NCBI RefSeq assembly: GCF_052180255.1
Contig: NZ_CP197466.1
Span: 574,922-598,921, forward strand
Length of the DNA: 24,000 bases
DNA from: Paenibacillus sp. KN14-4R
GTDB lineage: Bacteria; Bacillota; Bacilli; Paenibacillales; NBRC-103111
Direction: 5' to 3'
Shown: positions 1-8,494 of the stretch, piece by piece
How positions within the stretch are numbered: the stretch's first letter is position 1
Layout of the letters: every line of letters starts with the position of its first letter
Program-made: the position numbers and the translations under genes
The notes under the pieces: generated by a model
The model's database searches: none
What the model saw: the letters and a program-made list of their open reading frames with translations, nothing else
Told to the model about the DNA's origin: nothing

Positions 1-1161
1 TGGTATCGCGAGCACAAGCGTGATTTACCTTGGCGCCGCAGCCGTGATCCTTATTATATTTGGGTATCTGAAGTGATGCTGCAGCAGACCAGAGTGGATA
101 CTGTAATTCCGTATTGGCACAGATTTTTGGACAAGTTCCCGACTGTTCAGGCATTGGCAGAAGCACCGGAAGAAGAGGTGTTGAAAGCTTGGGAAGGGCT
201 TGGTTATTACTCCCGTGCACGTAATTTGCAGTCAGCTGTTCGTGAGGTGCATGAATGTTATGGCGGGGTGGTGCCAGATGAGAAAGAAGCGATTTCGTCT
301 TTAAAAGGGGTCGGTCCTTACACCTCAGGTGCAGTACTTAGCATTGCCTATAACAAGCCAGAACCTGCAGTAGATGGCAACGTGATGCGGGTGCTGTCCA
401 GATATTTTAATTTGGATGACGATATTGCGAAGCCGCGTACCCGTGTCAGGATGGAAAGCCTTGCACAGGAGCTCATTCCCGAAGGTGCGGCAGGCGATTT
501 CAATCAAGGTTTAATGGAACTTGGAGCAACTGTATGTACGCCGAAGTCACCGAGCTGTCTGACTTGTCCCGTTATGGAACATTGTGCAGGGCGCATTGCA
601 GGGAAGGAAGAAGTTCTGCCGGTGAAGACGAAGGCGAAACCGCCGCGTCCGGAGAGACGACTTATGGCTTTGATCGAAGGGACAGGCGAGCATGCAGGCA
701 AAGTGTTGATTCGTCAACGTCCACAGGAAGGATTGCTTGCACGTATGTGGGAACTGCCGCATATGGAGCTTGAGGCTGATGGGAATCTGATTAAGGCCGA
801 CCCGAGTACGAAACTTGAAAAGAAGAATACGAAACCGAGCAAGTGGGTGAAACGTGATACGGAGTCCAATCCACTATTATTTAACCAACAAGATGAAAAT
901 TACGGTACACAGCTACGTGAACATATGCTGACACAGGAGCATATTCCCCTAGAGATCGGTGAGTGGATGATGGATGTGGAGCATATTTTCTCCCATATTC
1001 AATGGCAGATGAGCGTGTATCGCAGTCGCATTGCGGACGAGCAAGCTGGATTACCAGGATTCTTACCTTTTCATTACCGCTGGTTGTCGCAGGATGAGAT
1101 GGAGCGGTATGCCTTTCCGAATGTATTCTTACGCGTATTAGAAGCCTATTTTGATCGATAA
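1..1161 (+). CDS. mutY: A/G-specific adenine glycosylase MutY, 5' end truncated by the window edge
   Basis: Frame 1 is open from base 1 (WYREHKRDLPWRRSRDPYYIWVSEVMLQQT...), so the listed ATG at 73 is internal. HhH segment LKGVGPYTSGAVLSIAY, Fe-S cysteine pattern C-x6-C-x2-C-x5-C (CTPKSPSCLTCPVMEHC), and C-terminal NUDIX-like segment HIFSHIQWQMSVY. Confidence 0.97.
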   Translation, partial: WYREHKRDLPWRRSRDPYYIWVSEVMLQQTRVDTVIPYWHRFLDKFPTVQALAEAPEEEVLKAWEGLGYYSRARNLQSAVREVHECYGGVVPDEKEAISSLKGVGPYTSGAVLSIAYNKPEPAVDGNVMRVLSRYFNLDDDIAKPRTRVRMESLAQELIPEGAAGDFNQGLMELGATVCTPKSPSCLTCPVMEHCAGRIAGKEEVLPVKTKAKPPRPERRLMALIEGTGEHAGKVLIRQRPQEGLLARMWELPHMELEADGNLIKADPSTKLEKKNTKPSKWVKRDTESNPLLFNQQDENYGTQLREHMLTQEHIPLEIGEWMMDVEHIFSHIQWQMSVYRSRIADEQAGLPGFLPFHYRWLSQDEMERYAFPNVFLRVLEAYFDR

Positions 1162-1186
1162 AATCGGATGAAGTGAGGATGTTTAT

Positions 1187-2143
1187 ATGGTTAAGGAAGA
1201 GTATATCATTCGCATGAATAAGGTCATTAATTATATCCAGCATCACTTGGATCAAGACCTGTCTTTGCATAAATTAGCTGAGCAGGCCGCGTTCTCCCCG
1301 TTTCATTTTCACAGGGTGTTCAAGCAGGTGATGGGTGTGAGTGTGAATGAATTCGTACGCCGTGAAAAGATCGAGCGTGCGGCTAAGATGTTACTTCATA
1401 ACCCCAGTGCGGCACTCACTTCGGTTGCACTAGATTGTGGGTTCTCTTCTGTATCGACATTTTCACGTGCATTCAAAGAACGATTTGGCGTCAATGCGAC
1501 GCAGTATCGGGAGCAATATCTTAAGCGACGAAATAGCAAGATTTGCAAAGTGGATAGCAAGAATGGAAAAGCAGAATTCCTTGCGGGCAGTTATGATAGT
1601 CGTACAGCAGCGGCCGCTGAGACTACGATCCAAAGGGGTTATGAAGCGATGAATGTTGAAGTAAGAGATTTGTCCAATTTACATGTAGCTTATGTTCGAG
1701 TTTATGAAGGTTATGAACCAGGTGAACTAAGCTCGGCTATTGATCAATCATTTAACAAGGTATGTGGATGGGTTGAGGCAAGAAATTTATTCACACCGGA
1801 TACAAAGGTAATGGGCGTATTTTATGATGATTCGATAGTGACTTCGAGCAGCAATCGCAGATATGATGCAGCGGTCACGATTCCAGACACCATTCAAGCA
1901 GGAAGTGATGGCGTAGATACTCAGGTTATTCCTGCTAGTCAATATGCGGTTTGTAGGATCGAGGAGAGCTCGATGGGATCAGCAATCGCGAAGATGGATG
2001 ATGCATTTGGCTATATGAAAAATGATTGGCTGCCATCAAGTGCTTATCAACTTGTCGATCAGCCATTAATTGAGATTTATGTCAGCGGGCCGAACGCACC
2101 GACGATCGTTATTGAGGCTTTAGTGCCGATTGCACCGAAGTAA
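1187..2143 (+). CDS. AraC-family transcriptional regulator with C-terminal GyrI-like/effector-binding domain
   Basis: N-terminal AraC double HTH (LSLHKLAEQAAFSPFHFHRVFKQVMGVSVNEFVRREKIERAAKML...FSSVSTFSRAFKERFG) followed by an approx. 160 aa GyrI-like region (VEVRDLSNLHVAYVRVYEGYE...). Confidence 0.9.
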   Translation: MVKEEYIIRMNKVINYIQHHLDQDLSLHKLAEQAAFSPFHFHRVFKQVMGVSVNEFVRREKIERAAKMLLHNPSAALTSVALDCGFSSVSTFSRAFKERFGVNATQYREQYLKRRNSKICKVDSKNGKAEFLAGSYDSRTAAAAETTIQRGYEAMNVEVRDLSNLHVAYVRVYEGYEPGELSSAIDQSFNKVCGWVEARNLFTPDTKVMGVFYDDSIVTSSSNRRYDAAVTIPDTIQAGSDGVDTQVIPASQYAVCRIEESSMGSAIAKMDDAFGYMKNDWLPSSAYQLVDQPLIEIYVSGPNAPTIVIEALVPIAPK

Positions 2144-2172
2144 GATCAAGCACATTCAAGCTCATGAACATA

Positions 2173-2234
2173 AAACAAGCACACAAGAATCCGTGAAGCG
2201 GCATGCTTCCTGCGAATATCTGGTGTGCTTGTTT
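2173..2234. terminator. Probable bidirectional terminator between convergent AraC and sodA genes, with nested inner hairpin
   Basis: Perfect 12-bp arms AAACAAGCACAC (2173-2184) and GTGTGCTTGTTT (2223-2234), then ATTTATTAT. Inner hairpin GAAGC (2195-2199)/GCTTC (2205-2209) in the loop. Confidence 0.65.
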
Positions 2235-2252
2235 ATTTATTATAAAAATGAC

Positions 2253-2870
2253 TTACTTCTTAGCTGCAGCATAACGAGCGTTAACTGCATCCCAGTTCAC
2301 AACGTTCCAGAACGCTGCGATGTAGTCAGGGCGTTTGTTTTGGTAGTTCAAGTAGTAAGCATGCTCCCAAACATCAAGACCAAGAACAGGAGTTAGACCT
2401 TCCATGATTGGAGAGTCTTGGTTAGGTGTGGAGGACACAACAAGTGCGCCTTCAGCGTTCACGCTAAGCCAAGCCCAGCCGGAACCAAAACGAGTTGTTG
2501 CTGCTTTTGCAAAATCTTCTTTGAACTTCGCGAAACCGCCAAGCTCGCTGTCGATTGCAGCTAGGATTGCGCCAGTTGGCTCGCCGCCGCCGTTAGGTCC
2601 GATGATTTCCCAGAACAAGGAGTGGTTCGCGTGACCGCCACCATTGTTACGTACTGCTGTACGGATGTTTTCAGGAACCGCGTTCAAGTCAGCGATCAAA
2701 TCTTCAACGGATTTAGCAGCAAGCTCATCATGACCTTCAAGTGCAGCATTGACGTTAGTCACGTATGTGTTGTGGTGACGATCATGGTGAATCATCATTG
2801 TCGTCTCGTCGATGTGCGGCTCAAGTGCGTTGTTTGCGTAAGGTAGAGCGGGTAATTGGTATGCCATCAT
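2253..2870 (-). CDS. sodA: Superoxide dismutase (Mn/Fe family)
   Basis: [43 protein letters not shown]..., and the metal-ligand signature [23 protein letters not shown]. Strong SD AGGAGG upstream on the minus strand. Confidence 0.97.
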   Translation of the reverse strand: MMAYQLPALPYANNALEPHIDETTMMIHHDRHHNTYVTNVNAALEGHDELAAKSVEDLIADLNAVPENIRTAVRNNGGGHANHSLFWEIIGPNGGGEPTGAILAAIDSELGGFAKFKEDFAKAATTRFGSGWAWLSVNAEGALVVSSTPNQDSPIMEGLTPVLGLDVWEHAYYLNYQNKRPDYIAAFWNVVNWDAVNARYAAAKK

Positions 2871-3000
2871 TAAAACCTCCTAAAGGGTATGTATGGTTGT
2901 GAAGCGATACTATAAATTATGGCGTATTTCCATTCGTAAAGCAATCTTTCGTTTTACTCTATAAAGCGATTGAGGGCTTATTAGTCCTGTTTTTATTATA

Positions 3001-3055
3001 AAAATACCGCCTCCAACAATCGCATCAAGCGATCGAGGGGAGCGGTTTTATTTTA
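3001..3055 (-). terminator. Rho-independent terminator for the 3061-3786 minus-strand gene
   Basis: On the minus strand: ACCGCTCCCC...ATCGC-TTGAT-GCGAT...GGAGGCGGTATTTTT. Outer and inner stems, T-rich tail immediately downstream of the stop codon. Confidence 0.65.
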
Positions 3056-3060
3056 ACCCA

Positions 3061-3786
3061 TTATTTGTATGTCACTTGAATGGGCGTCCATTCTCCAGCC
3101 ACTGTCTGACCGTGTAGGGATGTGCTGCCTTCAGGCGAAATGTCTTTCTCTGTCATAATACCAAGTGCAATTTTGAAGCCGTTAAATTTGATTGGCACGC
3201 GCTGCTCGCGGCGTACTTCCACACCGTTCACGAAGAAAATAATCTCGTCTGTTCCACGATTGTACGTAATGCGATACGTATTGAATTCACGAGGTTTAAA
3301 GTCTGTTGCTTCTTTAAACACGCAGAAGTAACGCGTCGCATCCATTGCGGGAACCGTGACACCTGGGAATGGCAGAATCGCATACACACTTGCATACTTG
3401 TCATTGCTCACGAAGAAATCGAGCGCAGCACCTGTGGAGAAGTCCATCAAGTTCAAGGACACGAAACCATCATACAAGTCGCCGGGTGCTGTACCTTGTG
3501 TACGCGAGCGAATTTGTAATTCAAAGCTAACTTCCTGCTCATCTTCGACAGGGAATGTTTCCACGGAATAATACATGTGCTTCGCATTATCGAGGAATTG
3601 GATCTTGTCATTGGAACGGCTAAGCGGCGCACGCACATATAGAATGCCATTACGCACAATAACGGTTGCATCAGGTTCGCGGAACGTCCAGAATGAACCG
3701 TCCGGAAGTGGGAACCCACCCATCTCCCATACTTGACCTTCATTAAGAATGGTATCAAAGCTGCCAACAGTCAGTTGTTTTTCCAT
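3061..3786 (-). CDS. Uncharacterised protein, probable beta-sandwich/LamG-like (concanavalin-type) fold
   Basis: Intact 241-aa ORF; strand-rich composition with alternating motifs such as GTDEIIFFVNGVEVRREQRVPIKFNGFKIALGIMTE, reminiscent of lectin-like jelly rolls. No signal peptide visible. Fold assignment is inference. Confidence 0.6.
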   Translation of the reverse strand: MEKQLTVGSFDTILNEGQVWEMGGFPLPDGSFWTFREPDATVIVRNGILYVRAPLSRSNDKIQFLDNAKHMYYSVETFPVEDEQEVSFELQIRSRTQGTAPGDLYDGFVSLNLMDFSTGAALDFFVSNDKYASVYAILPFPGVTVPAMDATRYFCVFKEATDFKPREFNTYRITYNRGTDEIIFFVNGVEVRREQRVPIKFNGFKIALGIMTEKDISPEGSTSLHGQTVAGEWTPIQVTYK

Positions 3787-3818
3787 TCGAATAAACTCCT
3801 CTCAGATGTAAATGTATA

Positions 3819-4739
3819 TTAACCAATTAATCTTTGAATTAGTAAGCATACGATCATAATCATACCGCTTCGAAGTGTCAGCTTGAGTGAAGCGACCATG
3901 AGGGGACCGTACGCGTGAGATGGATTGTGTGTGCCCAGTTTTCGGTAGATCGCCCAAATCGGGTAAAACACAATAAGTGTCAGTAGGGCATATAGCGGAA
4001 ATGCCTTGAACCATACAGCAACGCCGAGTGAAATGGCAGCTAGAATCAGGATAAAGCGTGAGAATATAAGCGCGCGCTTTTCACCCCATACGACAACAAG
4101 TGTCCGTTTGCCAGATTCTTTGTCTGCTTGCCAATGTAAAAAGTGATGGTTAAACAAAATTAATGTCGTTAAAAGTCCGATCGGGAGTGATGCAAGTAGT
4201 GCTTTTATATCGTAAGTGCCTGTCTGAACGTAGTAGCTGCCAAGCACAGGAAGAACTCCGAATGCAATTAGAATTGCAATTTCACTATAACCTTTGCCAC
4301 GATAACCGAAGCGAATAGGTGGAGCCACATAAAAGTAAGCAATGAGAGCACCTAGAATCCCATACACCCATACCATGGGTCCGCGTGACACGGCGAGTAT
4401 GACCCCGCATACGACAGTAAGCAGCAGCATGCTCCATGTCCATGTCGCAAACTTTTTCTCTGGAACGAGATTCCCAGTTAATAGACCCGAGTGCGTTCGT
4501 AGTGTGTCCTCCGTGACGGCTTGTACTTTATCTACTCCATTGCGATAGTCCCACAAGTCATTGACCATATTCGAGAAAAGATGGAGACTGCACGCACCAA
4601 GCAGTGTGAGCAGGAACCAGCCTACAGAGAACGTTTTGTTCCAAGCAACTGCGCCAACGGCTCCAATTAAGACAGGGAGTACCATCACAGGTATGACTTG
4701 AAAACGCGTGGCTTTAACGAAAAGAGCCCATTTGGTCAT
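3819..4739 (-). CDS. UbiA-family prenyltransferase, resembling 1,4-dihydroxy-2-naphthoate polyprenyltransferase (MenA-like)
   Basis: Asp-rich motif NMVNDLWDYRNGVDK and second motif LHWQADKESGKRTLVVVWG; multiple TM segments. The sequence shows the start ATG as CAT on the + strand near 4737-4739. Confidence 0.85.
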   Translation of the reverse strand: MTKWALFVKATRFQVIPVMVLPVLIGAVGAVAWNKTFSVGWFLLTLLGACSLHLFSNMVNDLWDYRNGVDKVQAVTEDTLRTHSGLLTGNLVPEKKFATWTWSMLLLTVVCGVILAVSRGPMVWVYGILGALIAYFYVAPPIRFGYRGKGYSEIAILIAFGVLPVLGSYYVQTGTYDIKALLASLPIGLLTTLILFNHHFLHWQADKESGKRTLVVVWGEKRALIFSRFILILAAISLGVAVWFKAFPLYALLTLIVFYPIWAIYRKLGTHNPSHAYGPLMVASLKLTLRSGMIMIVCLLIQRLIG

Positions 4740-4778
4740 GCCATTACCTCCTATACCTGATGACTATGAAAACATGAA

Positions 4779-4815
4779 AAACTTAGGAAGTAGGAGTGAC
4801 CCGATCCCTAAGTTT
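4779..4815 (-). terminator. Rho-independent terminator downstream of the VOC-family gene
   Basis: Arms AAACTTAGG (4779-4787) and CCTAAGTTT (4807-4815), perfect 9 bp. Read on the minus strand they are followed by TTCATGTTTTC. Confidence 0.55.
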
Positions 4816-4882
4816 AAGTATGTTTTGATAATATCAAATATATAGGAGATTATCTATATCGTTATTATGGGAAAATACGAAT

Positions 4883-5260
4883 CTAGTCTAGTGATGAGCA
4901 GATTTCAATTAGATTGCCATCTGGATCGCTCACGTAAGACACAATTTGTCCCCAAGGTTTCTCCAAAGGTTCCTTAACAACCGTAACACCTGCTTGGCGG
5001 AGCTGCTCAATTGTAGCTGCCACATCCGTGACAGTGAATCCAAGTTCATAGGTACGAGAGTGGTGGTCAGGGATGTCTAGACCTGTTATTTCACGAACAC
5101 TTTCTCTTGTATTTATAGCTAGAATCGTCGAGCCTGTATCAAATTCGATATAACTATCATGTTCACCGCGGATTGGCAATCCGAGCAAATCTCGGTAAAA
5201 GGTGAGAGATTCTTGCGGATGATTCGTGTACAAAATCACATAGCGTAGCGTTAGTTGCAT
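4883..5260 (-). CDS. VOC (glyoxalase/bleomycin-resistance/dioxygenase superfamily) protein
   Basis: LRYVILYTNHPQESLTFYRDLLGLPIRGEHDSYIEFDTG...VSYVSDPDGNLIEICSSL, the classic VOC beta-alpha-beta3 pattern. Confidence 0.9.
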   Translation of the reverse strand: MQLTLRYVILYTNHPQESLTFYRDLLGLPIRGEHDSYIEFDTGSTILAINTRESVREITGLDIPDHHSRTYELGFTVTDVAATIEQLRQAGVTVVKEPLEKPWGQIVSYVSDPDGNLIEICSSLD

Positions 5261-5331
5261 AACAAACAGCTCCTTTATAATAAGTTAGAACATACATTCG
5301 TCATATTGTGTGAAATTCCTTCTTAAGGAAA

Positions 5332-5359
5332 TGTAAACGCTTGATATAAAGCGCTTTCA
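5332..5359. promoter_or_regulatory. Two abutting cre-like (CcpA-type) operator sequences
   Basis: TGTAAACGCTTGAT (5332-5345) and, on the reverse strand, TGAAAGCGCTTTAT (5346-5359). Each matches 13/14 of the consensus TGWAARCGYTWNCW by hand comparison. Confidence 0.5.
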
Positions 5360-5377
5360 CGAGAAAAACGGAGAATT

Positions 5378-5406
5378 TTGACGATTTTTGCGTTTTCGTT
5401 TAAAAT
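5378..5406 (+). promoter_or_regulatory. Sigma-A-like promoter for the GNAT gene
   Basis: TTGACG (5378-5383), 17-bp spacer, TAAAAT (5401-5406). Confidence 0.5.
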
Positions 5407-5536
5407 AACAGCAGGATTTCGTAAAATATTGTCGTAATCTTTTTCTAAATATCATCGTGTTGTTTGTCGTACTGATCGACTTCCATTGCCTTGACGGTAG
5501 CCGATTGAAAAATACCAAAAAGTGGGAGCGATTTCA

Positions 5537-5965
5537 ATGCTTATTCGTGATTTTCAACTGTCTGATCATGGTTCAGTTTCTATGTTACTAGAAGATACAC
5601 TTAGCGAAGAATGTTTTGTAGAAACGATGCAAGCTTTAGGTAGACAATTATCATGGGATAGCGAATTAATTTTGGTGGCAGAAGTAGAAGGTCAAGTCGT
5701 GGGTACGATTATTGGAACGATCGATAACAATAAGGGATATTTTTATCGTATCGCCGTGACAAACGGGTATCAGGGCAAGGGGATTGGCATGTCCATGGTC
5801 AATGCGCTTAAGCAGCGTTTTCAAATGAGACATGTACAGAAGATCTTGATTAGTATTGATCGTCATAATGAAGTAGCGATCCCGGTATATTTATCGGCAG
5901 GCTATCAAGAAACCGATTTTGCCAGATCACCTGAGCGTCTTAGTATCGTCAAAAAAGTCATGTAA
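5537..5965 (+). CDS. GNAT-family N-acetyltransferase
   Basis: IAVTNGYQGKGIGMSMVNALKQRF acetyl-CoA-binding motif. The ORF track opens at GTG 5522, but ATG 5537 is better placed after the SD-like GGGAG at 5524-5528. Confidence 0.9.
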   Translation: MLIRDFQLSDHGSVSMLLEDTLSEECFVETMQALGRQLSWDSELILVAEVEGQVVGTIIGTIDNNKGYFYRIAVTNGYQGKGIGMSMVNALKQRFQMRHVQKILISIDRHNEVAIPVYLSAGYQETDFARSPERLSIVKKVM

Positions 5966-5968
5966 GAA

Positions 5969-5997
5969 TTGACAAATAATTTTAACTTTTATATCAT
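5969..5997 (+). promoter_or_regulatory. Sigma-A-like promoter for the DUF402/Ntdp-like gene and possibly queG-ogt
   Basis: TTGACA (5969-5974), 17-bp spacer, TATCAT (5992-5997). Confidence 0.55.
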
Positions 5998-6104
5998 ATC
6001 GATTCTCTAGTTTACCTTGGGAAATGATATGATTTTTTATTTTTATAGGGTACAATTATAACAAAGATTAGACCAATAAATAAGGTGAAAGGGGCTGTCG
6101 TAAA

Positions 6105-6662
6105 ATGAATCCATATTCTTCTTGTGTGATTAAAAGCTATAAACACGACGGTCACTTGCACCGGATGTGGGTGGAGAATTGGATGGTTCCCAAACAGCTT
6201 CTGCATGCGGATCATGCGGCTAGGTCCATCACTGTTACCATTAATGAATATACGAAGATTATTGAAGGGGATGGCAAGGAGTGGACAAGCCGGATACCTG
6301 GCGTCACTTTTTTCATACCGAATGAATGGTTTAATATTGTGGCCCTATTGGTTGATGAGGGTGTTAGATATTACTGTAATATCGCTTCGCCACCAGAGAT
6401 CAGCGAACATCTAGTGACTTATATTGATTACGACCTCGACGTCACGGTGTCACCAAGCGGATTCGTACAAGTGGTGGATCAGGATGAATATGAACTGCAC
6501 AGGATGCAGTATACGTATACGCCAGATGTGGAAGAACACGTAATGCGGGGACTTGATAGCCTTCTAGAGCGAATTAAGGAGCATGCTCCACCGTTTGGGG
6601 AAGAGCAGGTTATGACCTATTATCAAATGTGGAAAGAGAGTATGCCTGATCGGCAGAGGTGA
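6105..6662 (+). CDS. DUF402-family protein, nucleoside tri-/diphosphatase (Ntdp/YgaC-like)
   Basis: Resembles Firmicute Ntdp proteins: SYKHDGHLHRMWVENWMV, GVTFFIPNEWFNIVALL, YYCNIASPPEI..., TYIDYDLDVTVSPSG..VVDQDEYELH. Confidence 0.85.
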   Translation: MNPYSSCVIKSYKHDGHLHRMWVENWMVPKQLLHADHAARSITVTINEYTKIIEGDGKEWTSRIPGVTFFIPNEWFNIVALLVDEGVRYYCNIASPPEISEHLVTYIDYDLDVTVSPSGFVQVVDQDEYELHRMQYTYTPDVEEHVMRGLDSLLERIKEHAPPFGEEQVMTYYQMWKESMPDRQR

Positions 6663-7858
6663 ATGGCTTGCAATGGGATATAGACGAGGCTTCGCCTCAG
6701 GCATGGAAACAGCTTAAACAAGAGTTAAAAGACGCAGCATCGGAACTTGGCATTGATTCGATTGGATTTACATCAGGGAAGCCTTTTGAGGGTTTGAAGG
6801 AAATTTTACAGAACCATCGGGATAAAGGGTTTGAGTCGGGCTTTGAAGAATCGGATTTGGATAAAAGGGTACAACCGGACCTCAGCTTCGATGGTCCGTT
6901 ATCCATACTTGCGATTGCTGTTGCATATCCGTCAAAGCTCCAAGATCCGCCGCGCTCCGAACCGGGCGCTTATCGGGGAATGATTGCAAGAAGCGCATGG
7001 GGAATCGATTATCACCATGTCCTTCGCGATCGCTTGGCTAAACTTGAAAATTGGCTAAAAGAAAGAGTTCGCGGCGTACGGACGTTAAGCATGGTGGATA
7101 CCGGCGCTTTCGTGGATCGGGCTGTGTCGGAACGTGCGGGCGTTGGTTTTATCGGAAAGAACTGTGCGGTTATTACCCCTGAATGGGGCTCTTGGGTGTA
7201 CTTGGGGGAAGTCATTACGAACATTCCATTTCCTGAGGATACGCCGATAACTCAATTGTGCGGGGAATGTACGAAGTGTATTGATGCATGCCCAACAGGT
7301 GCGCTAGTAGGACCAGGACAATTGAATGCGTCGCGATGCGTATCCTTTCTTACACAGACCAAGGGTGTTATTGAAGATGATGAACTGAAGAAAAAGATCG
7401 GTAATCGGTTATACGGATGTGATACGTGCCAGATCGTATGCCCTTTTAACAAAGGGAAGAATTGGACCCATCATGAGGAGCTGCAGCCCGATCCAGAGAT
7501 CGTAAAGCCGCTGCTCATTCCACTGTTAACGATGGGTAATCGCGAATTTAAAGAAACATATGGCATGAGCGCTGCCGCTTGGCGAGGCAAAAAGCCGATT
7601 CAACGCAATGCGATTCTCGGGTTAGGTAATTTCAAAGATCGTTCAGCAGTACCTGTTCTTGGGAAGTTATTGAAAGATGATCCAAGGCCCGATATTCGGG
7701 CGACAGCAGCTTGGGCACTTGGCAACATTGGTGGCGAAGAAGCGTTGGATGTCATTCGCAAGGCGAAAGCATTTGAAAATGATGACCTCGTACTTAAAGA
7801 GCTTGAGCGTTCACAAGAGAGGTTGATGCAGGTCATCACAAGTGATGAGGGAGAGTGA
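6659..7858 (+). CDS. queG: Epoxyqueuosine reductase QueG
   Basis: Two ferredoxin-like 4Fe-4S motifs (CGECTKCIDACPTGAL; CDTCQIVCPFNK), QueG-type RCVSFLTQTKG, C-terminal HEAT/PBS-lyase-like repeats. Starts with GTG overlapping the upstream stop (GTGA). Confidence 0.95.
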   Translation: MNGLQWDIDEASPQAWKQLKQELKDAASELGIDSIGFTSGKPFEGLKEILQNHRDKGFESGFEESDLDKRVQPDLSFDGPLSILAIAVAYPSKLQDPPRSEPGAYRGMIARSAWGIDYHHVLRDRLAKLENWLKERVRGVRTLSMVDTGAFVDRAVSERAGVGFIGKNCAVITPEWGSWVYLGEVITNIPFPEDTPITQLCGECTKCIDACPTGALVGPGQLNASRCVSFLTQTKGVIEDDELKKKIGNRLYGCDTCQIVCPFNKGKNWTHHEELQPDPEIVKPLLIPLLTMGNREFKETYGMSAAAWRGKKPIQRNAILGLGNFKDRSAVPVLGKLLKDDPRPDIRATAAWALGNIGGEEALDVIRKAKAFENDDLVLKELERSQERLMQVITSDEGE

Positions 7859-7862
7859 ACCG

Positions 7863-8396
7863 ATGAAATCAACAACGGTAACAAAGCTGTATTGGGACGA
7901 AATGCTGCATACACCAATCGGATCACTGGCGTTAGCCGCAACGGATCAAGGACTGTGTTCGATCGAATTTTCAGGACAAGCAGATGCGGAGTCTAAGCTG
8001 TCTGCTTGGGCAGCGCGATATATCGGCAATTATGAGTGGGAACATTCGCCTGAGCAGCTTCGCGCTGTTCGTGAGCAGTTGGAAGCTTATTTTGAAGGTG
8101 ATTTAACAACATTCGACGTGCCACTAGATTTATATGGCACCGGCTTTCAGCTGCGCGTATGGAAGGCCTTGCAGGACATTCCTCATGGCCGTGTAGCTTC
8201 TTACAAGGACATCGCAATCGCAGTCGGTTCTCCCAAAGGTGTCAGAGCGGTTGGCGGCGCCAATCATAACAATCCAGTGCCACTCATCATCCCTTGTCAC
8301 CGCGTCATTGGTGCAAACGGCGCGATGGTCGGTTTCGGTGGAGGCCTACCCATTAAGGAAGCCCTGCTGCGGTTAGAAGGTTATTTAACAAATTAA
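7863..8396 (+). CDS. ogt: Methylated-DNA--[protein]-cysteine S-methyltransferase
   Basis: Active-site motif IIPCHRVIG, plus GRVASYKDIAIAVGSPKGVRAVGGANHNNP. ATG 7863 follows SD GGGAGAG and is preferred to the upstream in-frame starts at 7842/7845. Confidence 0.93.
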   Translation: MKSTTVTKLYWDEMLHTPIGSLALAATDQGLCSIEFSGQADAESKLSAWAARYIGNYEWEHSPEQLRAVREQLEAYFEGDLTTFDVPLDLYGTGFQLRVWKALQDIPHGRVASYKDIAIAVGSPKGVRAVGGANHNNPVPLIIPCHRVIGANGAMVGFGGGLPIKEALLRLEGYLTN

Positions 8397-8494
8397 TTTC
8401 ATCATGTTCAGTCACCTCCCCCATCACAGAAGACATCCCCAAAATCTTCCCTTCATACATTCAGCAAGTTACTTCAAATCGATAAGGAGTTCCT

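Noticed and set aside
881-1270. 129-aa antisense ORF across the end of mutY
   Set aside because: Runs opposite the mutY and AraC coding frames, with no recognisable domain or ribosome-binding site noted.
2885-3000. Repeated AATCGCTTTA / GATTGCTTTACG elements upstream of sodA
   Set aside because: Imperfect, short and in AT-rich sequence; no match to a Fur, PerR or MntR box I could defend.
3453-3767. 104-aa ORF opposite the uncharacterised 3061-3786 gene
   Set aside because: The minus-strand 241-aa frame is longer, has a downstream terminator and a protein-like composition. The alternative frame has none of these.
5412-5536. Possible riboswitch in the approx. 125-nt leader upstream of the GNAT gene
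   Set aside because: No recognised riboswitch core motif and no clear terminator/anti-terminator pair found by eye; a covariance-model search would be needed.
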